Assembly: GCA_000146045.2 (NCBI GenBank) | Contig: BK006945.2 | Coordinates: forward strand, 64,001 to 128,000 | Reading direction: 5' to 3' | From: TPA_inf: Saccharomyces | Lineage: Eukaryota | DNA: 64,000 nt | In this document: one piece after another, positions 57,322 to 64,000 of the stretch | Layout of the letters: each line of letters opens with the position of its first letter | How positions within the stretch are numbered: the stretch's first letter is position 1 | Made by a program: the position numbers and the translations under genes | The notes under the pieces: generated by a model | Seen by the model: the letters and a program-made list of their open reading frames with translations, nothing else | The model's database searches: none | What the model was told of the DNA's origin: nothing

Positions 57322-57648
57322 ATGAGCTCAAATGAAGAGGTATTTACTCAGATAAACGCAACTGCGAATGTGGTTGATAATAAGAAGCGTTTACTTTTCG
57401 TGCAAGATAGCTCAGCACTTGTTCTAGGGCTTGTTGCAGGATTTTTGCAAATCGAGTCAGTCCATGGGTTTATTTGGTTCCTGATTCTGTACAACTTGAT
57501 TAATGTCATTTACATTGTTTGGATCTGTCAACTTCAACCAGGAAAGTTCTACCAAAGCCCACTTCATGACATTTTTTTCGAATCGTTTTTTAGAGAGATA
57601 ACTGGTTTTGTCATGGCATGGACATTTGGATACGCCCTAATCGGATGA
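57322..57648 (+). CDS. EMC6: ER membrane protein complex subunit 6, 108 aa from the first ATG
   Basis: The tracked ORF 57289..57648 starts at GTG (57289-57291 = gtg). The first ATG gives MSSNEEVFTQINATANVV... and 108 aa with two transmembrane helices, matching EMC6. Confidence 0.85.
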   Translation: MSSNEEVFTQINATANVVDNKKRLLFVQDSSALVLGLVAGFLQIESVHGFIWFLILYNLINVIYIVWICQLQPGKFYQSPLHDIFFESFFREITGFVMAWTFGYALIG

Positions 57649-58008
57649 ACATATAAGAACTACTTCTATAAACGGTTAGAAACAGGCTTGATTTATTATG
57701 TACAGTAAATATAATGTTATTTGTGTTTTTTTTTTTTAAATTTTTTTAGTTCCTTCTATGTAAAAAGACATGACAACAGTATTCTCAGTCAAATGATTTC
57801 AAATACACAATGTTAAATTCTCTATCTGTTGCAGAAATAAGAAGAGCGTAAGAGCGCAAAGATTTTTGCAGAAAAATAGAGATGAGGTACAAAAAGTAGG
57901 TAATGGAAAAAAGCAAATAATGAATATAGGGGAACATAAATGTTATGGACAAGAGTAGATATCAAAATAAAACAAAATAAAATAGAGTAAGTGAAAGACA
58001 AATGGAGG

Positions 58009-58040
<32 letters not shown>

Positions 58041-58074
58041 GTAAAAAGTGAAAGGAGAACGATGATAACACTAA

Positions 58075-60714
58075 TCACACCTCCGCATTTTCAACCAATG
58101 CTGCAAGTTTCTCAACACTGGCTAAATGTCTATTTCCTAGGGAGTTAGATTTGTTTAGTTTATCCAAATATGCTCTAATGGCAATGACGATCAATTTCTT
58201 ACCCTCACCCTCAGAGACATTAACTAATTTTTGAATCACATAGTTGGCAAATTGATCCTTGATCATTAAAATCATTGGAGAATCGTCTTCCAGATTCAAA
58301 GCATGATTTTTGTCTCTTGGTAAAATCTTAGAAATTATTAAATCCTTCTGATTTTTAGAGCCATAAAGAATAGATTTTTCGACCACGTTGGAGGCAAATT
58401 TATGTTTAGAGTATTCGACAACATTATTGGCCACAGTTTCTATGATTTCCTGTTTGATATCGACCATTTCCTTATTGGTGAACTGATCTTGTTGCAAAAC
58501 ATATTGAATGACATAGTTACCATATTGGTCTTGAATTAGATATGGTATGAAATCTTTCAATTCGTTTAAAATGCTTTCCTGATCTTCGCTCGAACCAAAT
58601 TCTAACAATCTTTGAATGACCCTACAGCCGTAGGAGTGGGTAGATAGATGGTAAATGTGGCCAGTTAAAGAACTTAAGATAAAAGGTAATTTTTCGATAG
58701 GAATTGTTTCGATGGCCTTTTGAATTACGTGATTACCGTTCTGATCTTTGATCATTTGCAAAACGGAGTCAGATAATTCCAGGACTAACTCAATTCTTTG
58801 ATTGGAATCAATATATTCTAACGCCTTTTGAATTACACGACATGCGTACATTTGTAGAGATAACTGTTTCATGTTACCTTTAAATTGATCAACCAAAGTA
58901 TTTTTTTGAATTTTGCTACCAAATTCAAAAAACTTCTGAATGACGTAATTACCAAATACATCGTTCGAAAGCTCAATGGCGTCATCGCGAATTTCATTGA
59001 ATATGACCTCCTTTTCTGAGGCTGGTGAGGTGGCCAACTCGCGCTGAATGAACCGTGAACCATGTTGATCTTTGCAAAACTCTAAGGAATGGCCAAAGAT
59101 GTCTTTTAGTGACATGTTCGAGTTTGAATTTTTGTCAGAACTACTGTTTCTTAGTTGCTCTAACAACGGCGATCGATGATACGTTTGCTGCTGTTGCTGT
59201 AGACTTTGAGAATGAGGATGAGAATGAGAGTGAGATTTATGGTTGTTGGCCGTTGACTCATTAGATTTGGAAGAAGCATTCTTTTTAGAGGTATTCTTTG
59301 TGGGTATAGAATTTTCTAGATAAGGATTTGCCTGTTTGTTGGCGTTGTTGGAGTTATTTGCAGGATGATTCTTGTTATTTCTTTTCTTGAAGGTTTTTTC
59401 GTCCTTGGGCATTTTGACAGGTATAGGATTTGGAGTAGGGTAGTAAATATAAGGATTCTCCTGTTGCTGTTGCTGTTGTTGGTCTTCTTGTTGTTGTTGT
59501 TGTTGCTGTTGCTGTTGTTGCTGGGGAGCAGAGAGTGGTGGAGGTGGCATAAACATCATTGGGTTGGGGTAGGCAAACGGGAACGGAGAATTGTTTGGAG
59601 GGGACGAAGGTGAAGAAACAGAAGAAGGTCTGTTTGCCTTCTTCTTTTTCTTACCATTTGAGTCTTCGGTGTCTTCATTTGCTGGAATCTGTACTGAAAT
59701 CATCTGGGAGATGAAATTTGAAGGAGATCCGATCAAGTAGTTGGGGAAGTTTTGGTAATGAGGGCCCTGATGAAACTGATTGGGTGGGAAGCCGTTCATG
59801 TAGGGGGGGAAATTGTTATTTGCAGGCCCATCTTGTTGGTTAGGAAGCGCGACATTTGTGGCCCCAACAGCGGCTGGATTGTTACTAGGTCTAAATACTG
59901 GTGTGTTGGCTACGTTCCAGATATTTCTCTTGGGGTAATGAGCATTTTCGGACTCTAAAGACGCAGATGAGCCTGAATTTGAACTGGAGTGGTAAAGCGA
60001 ACCACTGTTAGTAGTGTTCCTATTCAATTTGTTGAAGTTTTTGTCAGACTCGACATTTTGCTCGAAAGTATTCTGTGTGTCTAAGCTGGCGTTAGAGACG
60101 CTTTTTGATATGAATTGGGACTGAGTATTGACAGCGTCGGGTCTATCTTGAGATTCCAGTTCCCTTGTACCGTCAATCAAAGATTTTCCGAACTTCTCAA
60201 AAAACCCTTCCCCACCAGAGTTGTTGTTGTCATTGCCATTGTAGTAAACGGGACCAGCAATGGAAGCTGAATACTGGCCCAGAAGATGGTTGACCTTGTT
60301 GTTTTTCCCGAGATTAGCCGCAGTATGATGAGTATGATAGTTATTGTACGATGCGGATGACAGGGAGGCAGTGTCGGTTGATCTGTACTGGTAATAATTG
60401 CCGCCGTTACCAAAAAACTTTTTCGAGTTCGTGGAGAATGGCGGAGCAGTACCAACTGATAGGGCGGTTTTCTTGAAGATCGGTGAAGATTCACTGGAAC
60501 CGTGAAGCAGCAAGATCTCTGAATCTACTTCATTTGCCGTGGTGAAACTCGACCTTCTGAAGCCGCCAATTTGCTGTGATCCAGCAGCACCGCCGTTCAC
60601 AATGCCGGCCGCGGCGGCCTGACCGCCGTTGTTGTTACTATGGGACAGGGCGCTTAAAGAAGAAACTATGGATGCGAGTTCCATATCCATATCCATATCC
60701 ATGTTCATTTCCAT
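58075..60714 (-). CDS. PUF3: Pumilio-family mRNA-binding protein with eight PUF repeats at the C-terminus, 879 aa
   Basis: The ORF is 879 aa. It has an N-terminal MEMNMDMDMDME, Asn/Gln-rich low complexity and a poly-Q stretch. The C-terminal PUF repeats show FGNYVIQK-type motifs. It matches PUF3. Confidence 0.93.
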   Translation of the reverse strand: MEMNMDMDMDMELASIVSSLSALSHSNNNGGQAAAAGIVNGGAAGSQQIGGFRRSSFTTANEVDSEILLLHGSSESSPIFKKTALSVGTAPPFSTNSKKFFGNGGNYYQYRSTDTASLSSASYNNYHTHHTAANLGKNNKVNHLLGQYSASIAGPVYYNGNDNNNSGGEGFFEKFGKSLIDGTRELESQDRPDAVNTQSQFISKSVSNASLDTQNTFEQNVESDKNFNKLNRNTTNSGSLYHSSSNSGSSASLESENAHYPKRNIWNVANTPVFRPSNNPAAVGATNVALPNQQDGPANNNFPPYMNGFPPNQFHQGPHYQNFPNYLIGSPSNFISQMISVQIPANEDTEDSNGKKKKKANRPSSVSSPSSPPNNSPFPFAYPNPMMFMPPPPLSAPQQQQQQQQQQQQEDQQQQQQQENPYIYYPTPNPIPVKMPKDEKTFKKRNNKNHPANNSNNANKQANPYLENSIPTKNTSKKNASSKSNESTANNHKSHSHSHPHSQSLQQQQQTYHRSPLLEQLRNSSSDKNSNSNMSLKDIFGHSLEFCKDQHGSRFIQRELATSPASEKEVIFNEIRDDAIELSNDVFGNYVIQKFFEFGSKIQKNTLVDQFKGNMKQLSLQMYACRVIQKALEYIDSNQRIELVLELSDSVLQMIKDQNGNHVIQKAIETIPIEKLPFILSSLTGHIYHLSTHSYGCRVIQRLLEFGSSEDQESILNELKDFIPYLIQDQYGNYVIQYVLQQDQFTNKEMVDIKQEIIETVANNVVEYSKHKFASNVVEKSILYGSKNQKDLIISKILPRDKNHALNLEDDSPMILMIKDQFANYVIQKLVNVSEGEGKKLIVIAIRAYLDKLNKSNSLGNRHLASVEKLAALVENAEV
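59459..59524 (-). repeat. CAA/CAG trinucleotide tract encoding polyglutamine (Q11-ED-Q7...) inside PUF3
   Basis: The plus strand reads (ctg/ttg)n: cctgttgctgttgctgttgttggtcttcttgttgttgttgttgttgctgttgctgttgttgctgg. This also creates the spurious plus-strand poly-Leu ORF 59365..59613. Confidence 0.9.
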
Positions 60715-61533
60715 TTATACCCGCAATATTGCGTTATTCAGAAGAAATTTAAATGCGTAGTTCTTGTTTGTTTTCTTGTTTGCTTGCGTACTTCTATGCT
60801 TATAGATATATCAGTAGCAAGGAAGTTTCCTTTTCACCGCCTTTCAATGTTCCTATCTTTTTCTTATGTTTCTCTTTAGAGACCAGATGACCAGAAAAAA
60901 ATTAGCTAAGCAGTGTTATACTATTTACAGTAGATATTCAAATATGTGCAGGCACCACTTATTTTTCTTTTTCCTTCTTTTCTTTGTTTTTTTTTTTCTC
61001 CTATTCATCAAGCTTCATACATCCAATATACATTCTCAAGTGTGCTAATGGTACATTTGGGAAATTATCTTCCTCTCTCCACAATTTTTAGAAGGAAAAA
61101 AGAAATGCAGTTCAGGGTAACAGAGTGCGCAATTACCGTAGATAGCGATCGGATGTTTATCTTTAGCCCTCTTTTTCTAGCTCAAACCCCGGCACGAATT
61201 TTTTAGGTCTTGCTGCTCTGCCCTCGGGCACTTTTCTTCGAGAAGTTCTGGGGCGGTCTGATCGGGAAAAAACGTTCCCTTTTCGGACGTATCGCAGGCA
61301 ATGTGCAAAAGCTTATTATATACGAGAAAAGAAACGCGAAGGAACGAAAGAAGATGAAAAAAATGCAGCGATAAAATGATATTGTGGTTAATCTAAATTT
61401 ATATATATATATATATATACATATATATATAGAAATCTATTGTTATACACAAAAATACTTATTTTTTAATATAGATGGCTGCAGATAAAGTAATAGTTTT
61501 ATATATAGGTATATTTACTGCACAATTCACACG

Positions 61534-63255
61534 ATGGGTGTTTCTGCGGTGTTGAAAAGAGCTAGGAATTTACTAGCAACGTTCATAGTCTGCTGTTTTA
61601 TGGCAGTAGTGCTTGTTCTGGCGCTGGCACACCATTTTATAAATGAGCACAGAGACACTAGGAGTTCATCGACCCAAATCGAAGTTGATGACGAAAGTAA
61701 AAGAAACGTACACCATGACCATGTTCTCACTAGAACCAATGCATACGCGACGCCATACCTCGATCTGGAACATGACAAGAAAAACGGTATCGTCTACGAT
61801 CATACAAGAACGGTTGTCCGTAAAAAGAACCACGAAGTGGGGTCCTCGTCACTGCATAAAAACCTTTTTCACAAATTTTTGACAAAGCTTATTTTTAGGT
61901 TTATCGAGAAGGAAAAAGTTACCGAAGGCGTAACGCAAGGAAAGTTCAATAATAGTAGCAATGAAATTGCCAATCATGAACCGGTTTTTGAAAAAATTCC
62001 TGTACAGTGCGACAATCCATTACAGAATCTAATCTTATCGGAAGACTTGACATTAGTTGCGGATCTTAATTATTATTTTAACCAGTACAATATTCAAATA
62101 GAGGAATTTAGATTGGAGACCGAAGATGGGTTTGTTATAGATTTGTGGCACTTGATACCAAAATATAGAACGACAGATTCTGACAAGAAGAAGAGGCCAC
62201 CCATTTTGATGCTACATGGCCTTTTGCAAAGCAGTGGTTCGTTCGCATCCAATGGTAGAAAATCTCTGGCATATTTTCTGTATCAATCCGGTTACGACAT
62301 ATGGTTAGGGAATAACAGATGCGGGTTTAGGCCGGAATGGAACGAAGCGAAAGTACCGACACTAGCTTCCAGGTGGGACTGGGACCTTCGCGAGATGGTT
62401 AAGTACGATCTGACCCTTTTGATTGATACCGTGTTAGCTAAGACGCAGTTTGAAAAGCTTACTTTGATCTCGCATTCTCAGGGCACTACACAGGGGTTTA
62501 TGGGCTTGGTCAACGAAGATAAGTTTTTCCCTCCCGGTTCGGGATCTAAAGAATCTTTTTTCACTTCTAAGATCGCAAACTATATTGCCTTGGCCCCCGC
62601 AGTGTATCCTGGTCCCTTACTTAACGAGAAATTGTTTGTTAAGCTTATGACAAAGGAAATCGAAAATCCCTGGTTCTTTGGTGAAACGAGCTTTTTTGAG
62701 ATAATGATGATTGTAAGAAACTTGTGCGTTGGTGAGAGCTTGTTCTCCTTTGTTTGTTACACCATCTTCAATTACCTGTTTGATTGGAACGATACCCTTT
62801 GGGATACCGCATTAAGAGATCGCCATTTCCTGTTTTCGCCAGTCCATGTTTCAGTGAAGTTGATGCAATGGTGGCTGTCACCCGACCCCAACAAGGTAAG
62901 TTTTAAATTTGGTTCCCATAAGATGTTCCCCGACAATGTTAAGTGGTTTTCAGACGCATCAAAGGCCCCAAATATCTACTTGTTTGTTCCAAAGCAAGAT
63001 AGATTGGTGGACGGAGAAAGACTAATCAATCATTTCGTCAATGTGGAGTCGAATGTCAACTACAAGATCTGGTACATTGATGAGTATGCCCATATTGATG
63101 TCCTATGGGCACATGATGTCATAGAGAGAATTGGTAAACCAATTTTACAGAATTTGAACAACTATTACTCCAAGAAGCCATCCAGCGCCTTTGAAAGTGA
63201 TTGTTCGGACACAGAGGTGGAAACGGAGCTGGAAATGGTTGCTGAGAAGGCTTGA
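61534..63255 (+). CDS. YEH1: Steryl ester hydrolase, lipid-particle lipase of the alpha/beta-hydrolase gastric-lipase family, 573 aa
   Basis: The ORF is 573 aa with an N-terminal transmembrane anchor and a GHSQG lipase pentapeptide. Length matches YEH1. Confidence 0.9.
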   Translation: MGVSAVLKRARNLLATFIVCCFMAVVLVLALAHHFINEHRDTRSSSTQIEVDDESKRNVHHDHVLTRTNAYATPYLDLEHDKKNGIVYDHTRTVVRKKNHEVGSSSLHKNLFHKFLTKLIFRFIEKEKVTEGVTQGKFNNSSNEIANHEPVFEKIPVQCDNPLQNLILSEDLTLVADLNYYFNQYNIQIEEFRLETEDGFVIDLWHLIPKYRTTDSDKKKRPPILMLHGLLQSSGSFASNGRKSLAYFLYQSGYDIWLGNNRCGFRPEWNEAKVPTLASRWDWDLREMVKYDLTLLIDTVLAKTQFEKLTLISHSQGTTQGFMGLVNEDKFFPPGSGSKESFFTSKIANYIALAPAVYPGPLLNEKLFVKLMTKEIENPWFFGETSFFEIMMIVRNLCVGESLFSFVCYTIFNYLFDWNDTLWDTALRDRHFLFSPVHVSVKLMQWWLSPDPNKVSFKFGSHKMFPDNVKWFSDASKAPNIYLFVPKQDRLVDGERLINHFVNVESNVNYKIWYIDEYAHIDVLWAHDVIERIGKPILQNLNNYYSKKPSSAFESDCSDTEVETELEMVAEKA

Positions 63256-63403
63256 AGAGGAAGCATGATATATAGGTTAATATAAATTATACTTGGGAAT
63301 ACATAGATAGAGGGCTAGTAAATTTTTAGTTTTTAATTGTTCTTTTTTTTTGAAGTATTGTGTCACAAATTGTCGGGAGTTGGGACATCACCGTGCATAA
63401 CGA

Positions 63404-63436
63404 TACATTTTTTTGAAAAATTTGATATTGAAAAAA
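63404..63436. promoter_or_regulatory. RRPE (TGAAAAATTT) plus a PAC-like motif (aTCGATGAG) in the SOF1 promoter, about 90-120 bp upstream of the ATG
   Basis: The RRPE is an exact match at about 63404-63413. The CGATGAG core of PAC lies at about 63429-63436. SOF1 is a ribosome-biogenesis gene. Confidence 0.5.
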
Positions 63437-63522
63437 AATCGATGAGTTTGAATTACATTACAGTTGTATAAAGCAACCGCATTTCATTAACGTAGTTTGA
63501 CTCGCGAAGATAAGGCGTTAAA

Positions 63523-64000
63523 ATGAAGATTAAGACCATTAAAAGAAGTGCTGATGACTATGTCCCTGTTAAAAGTACGCAGGAATCTCAAATGCCCAGG
63601 AATTTGAACCCTGAATTGCATCCTTTTGAAAGGGCACGTGAATATACTAAAGCTTTGAATGCCACCAAATTGGAAAGAATGTTTGCTAAACCCTTTGTGG
63701 GTCAGTTAGGATACGGTCATAGAGATGGTGTTTATGCTATTGCCAAAAATTATGGTAGTCTGAATAAATTGGCTACTGGTTCTGCAGATGGTGTGATTAA
63801 ATACTGGAACATGTCTACTAGAGAAGAATTTGTTTCCTTTAAGGCGCATTATGGACTCGTTACTGGTCTTTGTGTGACACAGCCTCGTTTTCATGACAAG
63901 AAGCCAGATTTGAAGAGCCAAAATTTTATGTTATCTTGCAGTGATGACAAAACTGTCAAGCTATGGTCAATAAATGTTGATGATTACTCCAATAAAAACT
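63523..64000 (+). CDS. SOF1: U3 snoRNP/SSU-processome WD40 protein, N-terminal 159 codons only (runs off the window end)
   Basis: An ATG at 63523 opens a reading frame with no stop to the end of the window. It translates as MKIKTIKRSADDYVPVKSTQESQMPRNLNPELHPFERAREY...GSADGVIKYWNM...CSDDKTVKLWS, the start of SOF1 with WD repeats. It is absent from the ORF track because no stop codon falls in the window. Confidence 0.85.
   Translation, partial: MKIKTIKRSADDYVPVKSTQESQMPRNLNPELHPFERAREYTKALNATKLERMFAKPFVGQLGYGHRDGVYAIAKNYGSLNKLATGSADGVIKYWNMSTREEFVSFKAHYGLVTGLCVTQPRFHDKKPDLKSQNFMLSCSDDKTVKLWSINVDDYSNKN

Noticed and set aside
59365-59613. Plus-strand 82-aa poly-Leu ORF antisense to PUF3
   Set aside because: It is the antisense reading of the CAA/CAG polyglutamine tract (CTG/TTG = Leu). 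It is an artefact.

Overview
This window is Saccharomyces cerevisiae nuclear DNA, not a prokaryotic accessory region. It corresponds to the left arm of chromosome XII, from polyubiquitin UBI4 (YLL039C) through the 5' end of SOF1 (YLL011W). I recognise it from the translated ORFs, whose lengths match the known proteins exactly. Gene order: UBI4, ENT4, PRP19, GRC3, RIX7, IRC19, YLL032C, GPI13, FRA1, TPO1, ISA1, HSP104, tRNA-Pro(UGG) with an upstream Ty delta-LTR cluster, PAU17, SSA2, POM33, HIF1, SPA2, KNS1, COX19, DPS1, the frameshifted SDC25 pseudogene (YLL017W/YLL016W), BPT1, EMC6, PUF3, YEH1 and partial SOF1.

The ORF track accepts non-ATG starts (GTG/TTG translated as M). Several tracked ORFs therefore carry short artificial N-terminal extensions. 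I trimmed these to the first ATG, which reproduces the known protein lengths.

No protein-coding gene here has an intron. The only intron is in the tRNA.

Notable structure: three canonical Hsf1 targets (UBI4, HSP104, SSA2) lie within 35 kb, each with textbook heat-shock elements. A Ty delta LTR is nested inside an older delta just upstream of the tRNA. SDC25 is inactivated by a single-base homopolymer frameshift. Several proteins contain internal tandem repeats (UBI4, SPA2, PUF3).

I found no evidence of a novel or undescribed biological system. This is a well-characterised yeast region. CRISPR arrays, operons and defence islands do not apply.

Coordinates of short motifs were counted by hand from the printed sequence and may be off by 1-2 nt.
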